From positions 3,052 through 67,051 of the forward strand of contig DASWAT010000083.1 of the NCBI GenBank assembly GCA_036390995.1: 64,000 nucleotides of DNA. The letters are read 5' to 3'. A program made the position numbers and the translations under genes. The notes under the pieces were generated by a model that was given only the letters and a program-made list of their open reading frames with translations, was not told where the DNA came from and did not search any database. Positions 56,679-64,000 of this stretch are shown here, piece after piece (the first letter of the stretch is position 1; each line of letters opens with the position of its first letter). This DNA comes from Actinomycetota bacterium (GTDB lineage Bacteria; Actinomycetota; UBA4738; HRBIN12).

Positions 56679-57098
56679 CTACGGGCTTGGGGAGGCCGAG
56701 GGCTCCTGGACGAGCTCCACCAGGACCCCGCCCATCCCTTTCGGGTGGACGAAGGCGATCGTCGTCCCGCGCGAGCCGGGACGAGGCGTCTCGTCGATCA
56801 GCGGGACGCCCTCGGCCCGGAGCCGCTCGAGCGCCGCCGCGACGTCGTCAACCCGGTATCCGATGTGGTGCACGCCCGGGCCGCGGCTGGCGAGGAACCG
56901 TCCCACCGGCGTGTCCGGCTCGAGCGCGCCGAGTAGCTGGATGTACGAGGCCCCCACGCGGAACACCACCTCCTCGACGCCCTGGGACTCCACCCGCTCG
57001 CGGTGCGCGGGTTCGAGCCCGAACGCCCGCACGTAGTGCAGAACGGCCGCGTCGAGGTCCACCACCGCGATCCCGACGTGGTCGATCTCGGTGAGCAC
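56679..57098 (-). CDS. mce: Methylmalonyl-CoA epimerase (VOC family)
   Basis: GTG at 57098. IDHVGIAVVDLDAAVLHY...GPGVHHIGYRVDDVAAALERLRAEG...AFVHPKGMGGVLVELVQ, the typical MCE pattern. 139 aa. Confidence 0.7.
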   Translation of the reverse strand: MLTEIDHVGIAVVDLDAAVLHYVRAFGLEPAHRERVESQGVEEVVFRVGASYIQLLGALEPDTPVGRFLASRGPGVHHIGYRVDDVAAALERLRAEGVPLIDETPRPGSRGTTIAFVHPKGMGGVLVELVQEPSASPSP

Positions 57099-57100
57099 GG

Positions 57101-57481
57101 CTACCGCTTGGTCCGGAGCGGGGGCTGCAGCCGCTCGATCAGGTCCATCGCGGTGACGACGTGGTAGGCGGGCAGTTGCAGGGCCCGATGCACCGCCGCC
57201 ACCGCCTGGGTCCGTAGGTCGTCGGGTGCCTTGGCCGGACGGCCGGAATGGCCCTTCAAGGCGTAGAACTCCACCAGCTCCAGGAACTGCTTCAAGGAAG
57301 GCGTGAGGGCTCCACGCTCGTAGGCATAGATGGTCTGACGGGCGGCCGGGCACCCGGGCGCCTCGGCGGCGTCCTGGACGGCCCGGAACCCGGCGCTGCG
57401 CCGCAGCCCTCGCAACAAGGCTCCGACGGTGCGCGCGTCCTCCTCGGCGACCGGCGTCTGTTTCTTCCTGGCCATGGGCAT
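57101..57481 (-). CDS. Small HTH (XRE-like) transcriptional regulator
   Basis: 126 aa. TVGALLRGLRRSAGFRAVQDAAEAPGCPAARQTIYAYERGALTPSLKQFLEL is HTH-like. Its stop abuts the mce start. Confidence 0.45.
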   Translation of the reverse strand: MPMARKKQTPVAEEDARTVGALLRGLRRSAGFRAVQDAAEAPGCPAARQTIYAYERGALTPSLKQFLELVEFYALKGHSGRPAKAPDDLRTQAVAAVHRALQLPAYHVVTAMDLIERLQPPLRTKR

Positions 57482-57606
57482 GTCCTCCCGGCCGTTGCAC
57501 GATAGCGGCTCGACGCCGCCACGTGCGAGCCGGGCCCGGTGCTCGGGAGGCGTGGGAGACGCTCTACGCCAAAGGTCGGATGCGCGGAAGGGAAGGCTTC
57601 CCTACG

Positions 57607-59454
57607 ATGAAAGGCGGAGGCACGCGCGAAGGGGAGTACGTGAGGAAGACGGAGCGGTCCACAGCAGCCACGCTGCAGGGTTCCGAGATCCTCCGGGCCG
57701 GGAAGGCCGACGTGTTCCGGGTGCGCGAGCGGACCCGGCGGCGCCGGGTCTGGCGGCTGTTCTTCCTCCTCGGCGCGATCGACCTGTTCCTGTGGTACCG
57801 CTACGTCACGCACAACCCGCTCCGTCCGCCGGCCTTCGGCCCGCAGTGGGTCATCTGGCTGCCGATCCTGTTCCTGTTCTTCGCCATCGCGCTCATGATG
57901 GCGATGCCGCTGTTCAGCGGCCGGTCGCCGCACCTACTGGTCCGGCCTGAGGACATCGAGGTCGGGCTCACCGAGGTCCGCGGCCTGGACACCCAGGTCG
58001 ACGAGGTCGTCCGCACGCTCGACGTGTTCCTGGGTTATGCGACCTTCCGCGACGAGCTGGGGGGGAACCCCCGGCGAGGGATCCTGTTCGAGGGCCCTCC
58101 GGGAACGGGCAAGACGTACCTGGCGAAGGCCATGGCGAAGCAGGCGGGGGTCCCGTTCCTGTTCATCTCGGCCCCGGCGTTCCAGTCGATGTGGTTCGGG
58201 ATGACCGGGGCCCGCATCCGGTCGTTCTTCAAGCGGCTGCGGAAGCTCGCCCGGAAGGAGGGCGGTGCGATCGGGTTCATCGAGGAGATCGACGCCATCG
58301 GGACGGACCGGGGCGCCGGGCTCACCGGTGCCTCGCCCGACGGCACCGGCCTGGGGCGCACGATCTCGTCGATGTTCGGCCCCGGCGGCTCGGGCATGGT
58401 GAACGAGCTGCTGATCCAGATGCAGTCCTTCGACCAGCCAACGTTCCGACAGCGGTTCTCCTCGCGCTTCGTGGAGTGGGTGAACGGGTACCTGCCGCCC
58501 GAGAAACGCTGGCGCGTGGGCAAGCCCGCGTACAACAACATCCTGCTCATCGCGGCCACGAACCGGGCCGAGCAGCTCGACCAGGCGCTGATGCGCCCCG
58601 GCCGGTTCGACCGGCGCCTGTACTTCGACCTGCCGACGAAGCAGGGGCGGCGGGAGCTGATCGACTTCTTCATGGCGCGCAAGGCCCATCACGAGCAGCT
58701 GGACGCCGAGGGCGTCCGCGAGCGGCTGGCGCACGACACCTTCGGCTACACGCCGGTCATGATCGAGCACCTGTTCGACGAGGCGCTCCTGGTGGCGCTG
58801 CGGGGCGGCCGACGGGCGATGAACCTCGACGACATCTACGAGGCCAAGCTGACCGAGGAGATCGGGATCAAGCAGCCCGTCGTGTACACCGACGCGGAAC
58901 GCGCGGCGGTGGCCACGCACGAGGCCGGCCATGCGGCCACGGCGTACTTCTTCGGGAAGGGCCGCCGGCTCGAGGTCCTGTCGATCATCAAGCGTCGTCA
59001 GGCCCTCGGCCTGCTGGCGCACGGCGATCTGGAGGAGCGGTTCACACGGTCGCGGTCCGACATCGAGGCGCACATCGCGATCGCCCTCGGAGGGCTGGTG
59101 GCCGAGGAGCTGTTCGTCGGGGAATCGGGCACGGGGCCGGCGTCGGACCTGGCGGGCGCCACGCAGCTCGCGGCGCAGATGGTGGGATCGCTCGGGATGG
59201 CGGGTTCGCTGATCTCGTACGAGGCGGTCGCCGAGGGGCCGCTGTCGAAGAACCTCGTGGGCAAGGTTCTCGCGGACAAGGACGCGAAGCAGCGGGTCGA
59301 GGACATCCTTGCCGCCCAGAAGGAGCGGGTCGGGGCGCTCCTGGACGAGCACCGCAACGTGGTCATGGCCCTTCGCGACGCGCTCATCGAGCGGGACGAG
59401 CTGGTGGGCGACGAGATCTTGACCGTGATCGAGGAGGCGCTCGCCGACCGATAG
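57607..59454 (+). CDS. FtsH-like membrane AAA+ ATPase / M41 zinc metalloprotease
   Basis: Two N-terminal TM helices, Walker A GPPGTGKT, Walker B IGFIEEIDA, SRH (ATNRAEQLDQALMRPGRFDRR), and the HEAGH zinc motif (THEAGHAATAYF). Confidence 0.75.
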   Translation: MKGGGTREGEYVRKTERSTAATLQGSEILRAGKADVFRVRERTRRRRVWRLFFLLGAIDLFLWYRYVTHNPLRPPAFGPQWVIWLPILFLFFAIALMMAMPLFSGRSPHLLVRPEDIEVGLTEVRGLDTQVDEVVRTLDVFLGYATFRDELGGNPRRGILFEGPPGTGKTYLAKAMAKQAGVPFLFISAPAFQSMWFGMTGARIRSFFKRLRKLARKEGGAIGFIEEIDAIGTDRGAGLTGASPDGTGLGRTISSMFGPGGSGMVNELLIQMQSFDQPTFRQRFSSRFVEWVNGYLPPEKRWRVGKPAYNNILLIAATNRAEQLDQALMRPGRFDRRLYFDLPTKQGRRELIDFFMARKAHHEQLDAEGVRERLAHDTFGYTPVMIEHLFDEALLVALRGGRRAMNLDDIYEAKLTEEIGIKQPVVYTDAERAAVATHEAGHAATAYFFGKGRRLEVLSIIKRRQALGLLAHGDLEERFTRSRSDIEAHIAIALGGLVAEELFVGESGTGPASDLAGATQLAAQMVGSLGMAGSLISYEAVAEGPLSKNLVGKVLADKDAKQRVEDILAAQKERVGALLDEHRNVVMALRDALIERDELVGDEILTVIEEALADR

Positions 59455-59501
59455 CGGGCCGGGCTCCATCGTTCGCCGCGGCGACGCCTACCCTTGTCGT
59501 T

Positions 59502-61892
59502 GTGCAGCCGCGCCGTGTCCTGGAGGAGGGGTCCGAGCTCGAGGGTCTCGCTTCGGAGGAGGCGGCCGCCAGGCTTGCCCGGTACGGACCCAACGCCATC
59601 CCGGAGGGGCGCCCACGGCTGATCCGCGCGTTCCTGTCCAAGCTCTGGGCGCCGGTCCCCTGGATGCTCGAGGCCGCCATCGTGCTGGAGGTCTTCCTCC
59701 ACGAGGCGATGGAGGCCATCGTCTTCGGGGCACTCCTCGTGTTCAACGCGATCCTCGGCTTCGCCCAAGAGCGTCGCGCGCAGCAGGCCCTCCAGCTGCT
59801 GCGTCACCGGCTGGAGATCCGGGCCCGGGTCCTCCGGGACGGCCGGTGGAGCCTGGCGCCGGCCGAGGAGCTGGTCCCCGGCGACGTCGTGCACCTGCGG
59901 ATGGGAGACGTCGTGCCCGCCGACATGCGGCTCTCCTCCGGAGACCTGCAGGTGGACCAGTCCTCCCTCACGGGCGAATCGCTCCCCGTCGGCGCTGGTC
60001 CGGACTCGACGGTCTACAGCGGCTCGGTGGTGAGCCGAGGCGAAGCCACGGGGCTCGTCGTGGCCACTGGCACGTCCACGTTCTTCGGACGAACGGCGGA
60101 GCTGGTACGCACCGCCGAGCCCCCCAGCCAGCTCGCCCAGATCATCTACGGGATCGTCCGCTACCTCGTGGCGATCGACATCGTCCTCGTGGTGGCGCTC
60201 CTCGGGTACTCGCTGTTCCGAGGCGTCGATCCGGTCCGGATCACGTCCTTCGCCCTGATCCTGCTGATCGCCTCGGTGCCGGTGGCGCTGCCGGCCACGT
60301 TCACCCTGGCCACCGCTCTCGGGGCGCAGGAGCTGGCCGGGCGCGGCGTCCTGGTGACCCGGCTGGCGGCCATCGAGGAGGCCGCCGCGATGGACGTGCT
60401 CTGCTCGGACAAGACCGGGACGATCACCGAGAACCGACTGGCGGTGGCGGACGTCCGCCCCGTCGCTCCCCACTCGGGGGGCGAGCTGCTGCGGATGGCG
60501 ACGCTGGCCAGCGACGAGGCCACCCAAGATCCCATCGACCTGGCGATCCTGGCCGCGGCCGGCGGGGACCGCGAGGCCGGCGGGGACGGCACCGCCGATG
60601 GCGAGGTCCCGGTCCGGTCCCGGTTCGTGCCCTTCGACCCCGCGACGAAGCGCTCCGAGGCCCTCGTCAGGATCGGCGGCCACGAGGTTCGCGTGGCCAA
60701 AGGCGCGCCCCAGGTGATCGAGGGGCTGGTGGGTCAAGACGGGGACGCCTTTGCACGCGAGGTCGAGGAACTGTCCGGCCGGGGCGACCGGGTGATCGCC
60801 GTGGCGGCCGGTGCGGATGGGGGGATGGAGCTGATCGGCCTCATCGGCCTGCACGATCCGGTCCGATCCGATTCGAAGGACCTGGTGGGGCGGCTGAAGA
60901 GCCTGGGCGTGCGGGTGATCATGGTCACGGGAGACGGCCTGGCGACGGCCCAGGCTGTGGCGACGGAGGTGGGGCTGGAGGCGCGGGCCAGGACCGCCGA
61001 GTGGCTGCGTGGGGGCCGAGCAGGTCGTGCGCTCGACTTCGACGTGGTCGCCGAGGTCCTTCCCGAGGACAAGCTGAACCTGGTCCGGGAGCTCCAGCAG
61101 GACGGGCACGTCGTGGGCATGACCGGCGACGGCGTGAACGACGCGCCGGCCCTCAAGCAGGCCCAGGTGGGCACCGCCGTCTCGAACGCCACCGATGTGG
61201 CGAAGGCGTCGGCGAGCCTGGTGCTGACCGACCCGGGCCTCACCAACATCGTCGATGGGGTGCAGACGAGCCGCCAGATCTACCAGCGGATGCTCACCTA
61301 CACGCTGAACAAGATCATCAAGACGTTCCAGATCGCGATGTTCCTCAGCGTCGGCTTCCTGCTCACGGGGACGTTCGTGACCACGCCCCGGCTTGTGGTC
61401 CTCCTCCTGTTCACGAACGACTTCGTGACGATGTCGATCGCCGCCGACCGGGTCTCGTTCTCACGCGCGCCGGATCGGTGGCCTGTGCGAGCCATGGTGA
61501 CGAGCGCCCTCGGCCTCGCCGTGCCGCTGCTCCTGCTCTCGTTCGGGGTGTGGTGGGCGGCGCGGGACGTGTTCCACCTGGACCCGCGGCAGATCCAGAC
61601 GGTGGTGTTCCTGTGGCTGGTCCTGAGCGGCCAGGCCACCGTGTACCTGGTCCGGGAGCGCGGCCGCTTCTGGTCGTCGGTGCCGGGCCGGTGGATCCTG
61701 GTCAGCTCGGCGGCCGATCTGGTGGTGGTCACGCTGCTGGCCACGCGGGGCTGGCTGATGGCGGCCGTTCCGGTGGGCGTGGCGGCCTGGCTCCTGCTCC
61801 CGGTCGCCGTCTATCTGCTCGGGAGCGAGGCCATCAAGGGCACGGTGCTCCGCCGGAGCGGTCTGGTCTCATCCGCTCGAGCGCCGACGTAG
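59502..61892 (+). CDS. P-type cation-transporting ATPase (P3A/PMA-like)
   Basis: GTG at 59502. The TGES actuator motif, the DKTGTIT phosphorylation site, MTGDGVNDAPALK hinge, and 8-10 TM helices. About 796 aa. Confidence 0.85.
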   Translation: MQPRRVLEEGSELEGLASEEAAARLARYGPNAIPEGRPRLIRAFLSKLWAPVPWMLEAAIVLEVFLHEAMEAIVFGALLVFNAILGFAQERRAQQALQLLRHRLEIRARVLRDGRWSLAPAEELVPGDVVHLRMGDVVPADMRLSSGDLQVDQSSLTGESLPVGAGPDSTVYSGSVVSRGEATGLVVATGTSTFFGRTAELVRTAEPPSQLAQIIYGIVRYLVAIDIVLVVALLGYSLFRGVDPVRITSFALILLIASVPVALPATFTLATALGAQELAGRGVLVTRLAAIEEAAAMDVLCSDKTGTITENRLAVADVRPVAPHSGGELLRMATLASDEATQDPIDLAILAAAGGDREAGGDGTADGEVPVRSRFVPFDPATKRSEALVRIGGHEVRVAKGAPQVIEGLVGQDGDAFAREVEELSGRGDRVIAVAAGADGGMELIGLIGLHDPVRSDSKDLVGRLKSLGVRVIMVTGDGLATAQAVATEVGLEARARTAEWLRGGRAGRALDFDVVAEVLPEDKLNLVRELQQDGHVVGMTGDGVNDAPALKQAQVGTAVSNATDVAKASASLVLTDPGLTNIVDGVQTSRQIYQRMLTYTLNKIIKTFQIAMFLSVGFLLTGTFVTTPRLVVLLLFTNDFVTMSIAADRVSFSRAPDRWPVRAMVTSALGLAVPLLLLSFGVWWAARDVFHLDPRQIQTVVFLWLVLSGQATVYLVRERGRFWSSVPGRWILVSSAADLVVVTLLATRGWLMAAVPVGVAAWLLLPVAVYLLGSEAIKGTVLRRSGLVSSARAPT

Positions 61893-61908
61893 ACTCGGGC
61901 GGCGGGAG

Positions 61909-62300
61909 ATGCGGGCCCGCAACCTGCTGCACCGCTGCACCTACGTCCTCGTCCTCGACCCGCGGGGACAGATCTACGTGCACCGGCGGACCGACACCAA
62001 GGACATCTATCCCGGCATGTACGACATGACCGCGGGAGGCGTCTGCGCGAGCGGCGAATCCTACGACGACGGGGCGGCCCGCGAGCTGGAGGAAGAGCTC
62101 GGCATCGGCGGGGTCGCGCGACGCTTCCGCTTCATGCACCGCTACGAAGCTGCTGCGGATGATCGAGCCCGAGCGGTTCTGTCCCGATGGGCTCGAGATA
62201 TTCGACCGGTGGCGCCGGGAGGTCGGTTCGCTCACGCCGTGAGCTCGCGCACCGCCGGGAGGACCTCGCGCGCGAGCAGCTCGCGCTGTGCGGCGCGGTC
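61909..62300 (+). CDS. Nudix hydrolase (3' end uncertain)
   Basis: Nudix box GGVCASGESYDDGAARELEEELGI (GX5EX7REUXEEXGU). The ORF has no stop until 62598 because of GC content, so the true end is unresolved. It probably overlaps the convergent LLM gene 3' end. Confidence 0.45.
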
Positions 62301-63104
62301 GCCCGACAGCATGAGGTTCAGGCAGGTGAACCCCATCCGCACGAGCTCGGCGAGCCGTTCGGCGACCGCCGCGGCCTCGCCGGCGACCTGCCGGTCGGGG
62401 TCCTCGGGGGGCGGACCGCCCACGCGCACGGGCACGTTGTACGCGAACGTGAGCGCGTCGGGATCGCGCCCGGCGCGTTCGGCGATCCCCCGGATCCTCC
62501 CGAGCCGCCGTGCGGCTTCCGCCGGCGACAGGTACGGCATCGACGGGAGCCAGCCGTCGGCCATCCTGCCGACCAGCTCGAGCCCGCGGGGCCCGTAGGT
62601 CCCGAGCCAGACCGGGATAGCGCGCTCCGGTTTCGGTTCCACCGCGGCCTCGCGCACGGCGTAGAACCTCCCCTGGAACGTGAACGAACCCTCGGACCAT
62701 ATGCCCTGGATCACCGAGAGCGCCTCCGCGAGCGCGTCGATCTTCTCCTTCGGCGTGCGCACCGGCACGCCGAAGCCCTCGAACTCACGGTCGTTCCCGC
62801 CGGCGCCGAGACCGAGCACGAACCTCCCACCGGACAGCCGGTCCAGGCTCTCGGCCATCTTCGCGACGACGGCGGGCGCTCGGTAGGGAAGGCCCAGGAC
62901 GTTCGTCCCCAGCCCGATCCGCGACGTCGAGGCGGCCATCCACGTGAGGAGCGTCCACGTCTCGTAGGAGGGGTGCTCGCCGTGGAGGTGATCCCACACG
63001 GTCACGAGGTCGAACCCGGCCTCCTCCGCGTGCACGGCCTCGCCGACGGGATCCGATCGCGGAGAGGCCGAAGGGATCACCGTGACACCGAATCGCGGTT
63101 GCAT
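62232..63104 (-). CDS. LLM-class F420-dependent oxidoreductase (luciferase-like monooxygenase fold)
   Basis: Start at MQPRFGVTVIP. Luciferase-like TIM-barrel pattern (GFDLVTVWDHL, GRFVLGLGAGG, GWLPS). About 290 aa. The upstream 5' extension of ORF 62232-63764 is read-through. Confidence 0.7.
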   Translation of the reverse strand: MQPRFGVTVIPSASPRSDPVGEAVHAEEAGFDLVTVWDHLHGEHPSYETWTLLTWMAASTSRIGLGTNVLGLPYRAPAVVAKMAESLDRLSGGRFVLGLGAGGNDREFEGFGVPVRTPKEKIDALAEALSVIQGIWSEGSFTFQGRFYAVREAAVEPKPERAIPVWLGTYGPRGLELVGRMADGWLPSMPYLSPAEAARRLGRIRGIAERAGRDPDALTFAYNVPVRVGGPPPEDPDRQVAGEAAAVAERLAELVRMGFTCLNLMLSGDRAAQRELLAREVLPAVRELTA

Positions 63105-63215
63105 GGCTCGAGGTCCGTTCCCTCCCCGCGTTCGTTCCGCTTGCGGTGAGCGTCCCCGTGCCGACGGACATTCCGAGCGGCGTAGACTGGATGCTCCCAC
63201 GATCAGGAGCGTTCC

Positions 63216-64000
63216 ATGACCGCACCCGTCATCGTCGCCGGAGCCCGGACCCCCATCGGCAAGCTGGGCCAGTCGCTGGCGGGGCTCTCGGCCGTGGATC
63301 TCGGGACCGTGGCCATCCGTGAGGCGCTCGCCCGAGCGGGCGTCGCGCCCGAGCGCGTGGACTACGTGATCATGGGCCACGTGCTCCGCGCGGGAACCGG
63401 GCAGATCACCGCGCGTCAGGCAGCCGTGGCCGCGGGGATCCCGAAGGAGGTTCCGGCGATCTCCATCGACAAGGTCTGCCTGTCCGGCATCAACGCCATC
63501 GCGCTCGCCGATGCGCTGATCCGCGCCGGCGAGGTCGAGGTGGTCGTGGCCGGCGGCATGGAGTCGATGACCCAGGCTCCGTACCTCGTGCCGGCCGCCC
63601 GCGGCGGCGCGCGCCTCGGCCACACCGGGTTCGTGGACTCGATGGTCCGCGACGGTCTGTGGTCGACCTTCACGAAGCAGGTCATGGGCGAGTCGTCGGA
63701 CGAGGTGAACGACGAGCTCGGCATCACCCGAGAGGAGCAGGACGCCTGGGCGCTCCGGAGCCACCGGCGCGCGGATGCCGCCTGGGTGTCGGGGGCGCTG
63801 GCGGAGGAGGTCGTCCCGGTCGAGGTTCCTCAGAGGAAGGGCGAGCCGGTCGTCGTCGCTCGCGACGAGGGCATCCGGCCCGACACCACGCTCGAGACCC
63901 TCGCCGGCCTCCCCCCGGCTTTCCGCGAGGGCGGCACCATCACGGCCGGCAACGCGGCGCAGATCTCCGACGGCGCCGCCGCCGTCGTGGTGACGAGCCG
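63216..64000 (+). CDS. Acetyl-CoA C-acetyltransferase (thiolase II), N-terminal part; continues past window end
   Basis: ATG at 63216 after caggagcgttcc. MTAPVIVAGARTPIGKLGQSLAG, the active-site Cys in IDKVCLSGINAI, and GGMESMTQAPY. Confidence 0.8.
   Translation, partial: MTAPVIVAGARTPIGKLGQSLAGLSAVDLGTVAIREALARAGVAPERVDYVIMGHVLRAGTGQITARQAAVAAGIPKEVPAISIDKVCLSGINAIALADALIRAGEVEVVVAGGMESMTQAPYLVPAARGGARLGHTGFVDSMVRDGLWSTFTKQVMGESSDEVNDELGITREEQDAWALRSHRRADAAWVSGALAEEVVPVEVPQRKGEPVVVARDEGIRPDTTLETLAGLPPAFREGGTITAGNAAQISDGAAAVVVTS

Noticed and set aside
53365-56936. 1157-aa + strand ORF
   Set aside because: Antisense to the second cyclase-STAND-TPR gene, with an R/E/L-rich mirror-image composition.
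1-64000. Mobile elements, integrases, transposases, phage genes, rRNA/tRNA, CRISPR
   Set aside because: No recombinase or transposase-like translations, no direct or inverted terminal repeats flanking a block, and no RNA gene signatures were found in any frame.

Overview
This is a high-GC (about 70%+) chromosomal segment of actinobacterial type. Supporting signs are F420-dependent enzymes, an LDH-like malate dehydrogenase, a split two-subunit class I fumarase, and pervasive GTGA/ATGA start-stop overlaps. I saw no rRNA, tRNA, CRISPR array, integrase or transposase.

Layout, 5' to 3':
- **1-13 kb:** a TCA-cycle supercluster containing gltA, two inverted icd paralogs, mdh, fumarase alpha/beta and sdhCDAB.
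- **13-17.7 kb:** a nadC-nadA-nadB operon extended by an O-methyltransferase, with a divergent NiaR repressor.
- **17.7-31.5 kb:** acyl-CoA metabolism (IcmA/MCM-like mutase catalytic subunit, F420 reductase, acyl-CoA carboxylase alpha, BirA, a thiolase/VOC/thiolase-DUF35/DUF35 operon, acyl-CoA dehydrogenase) plus the first of two large zinc-ribbon/adenylate-cyclase/STAND/TPR proteins.
- **31.5-40.2 kb:** an M23 peptidase and a putative metal-homeostasis island (CDF transporter, cupredoxin-like protein, several membrane proteins, a small zinc-ribbon membrane protein, a Met/His/Gly-rich secreted protein, and an OmpR/histidine-kinase two-component pair with a D/H/W-rich sensor loop).
- **40.2-46.5 kb:** hbd, then a minus-strand envelope operon (VKOR, GT2, GT4, cupin) downstream of pccB and a small AccE-like subunit.
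- **46.5-50.3 kb:** two tandem ECF sigma / membrane partner modules with different C-terminal sensor domains, one carrying an internal 387-bp in-frame duplication.
- **50.3-64 kb:** a frameshifted ArsR/DUF2087 regulator divergent from a Cas4-like Fe-S nuclease, then ccr, the second cyclase-STAND-TPR protein, methylmalonyl-CoA epimerase, an FtsH-like protease, a P-type ATPase, Nudix, an F420 luciferase-like oxidoreductase and a partial thiolase.

The long ORFs antisense to these genes are GC-driven artefacts.
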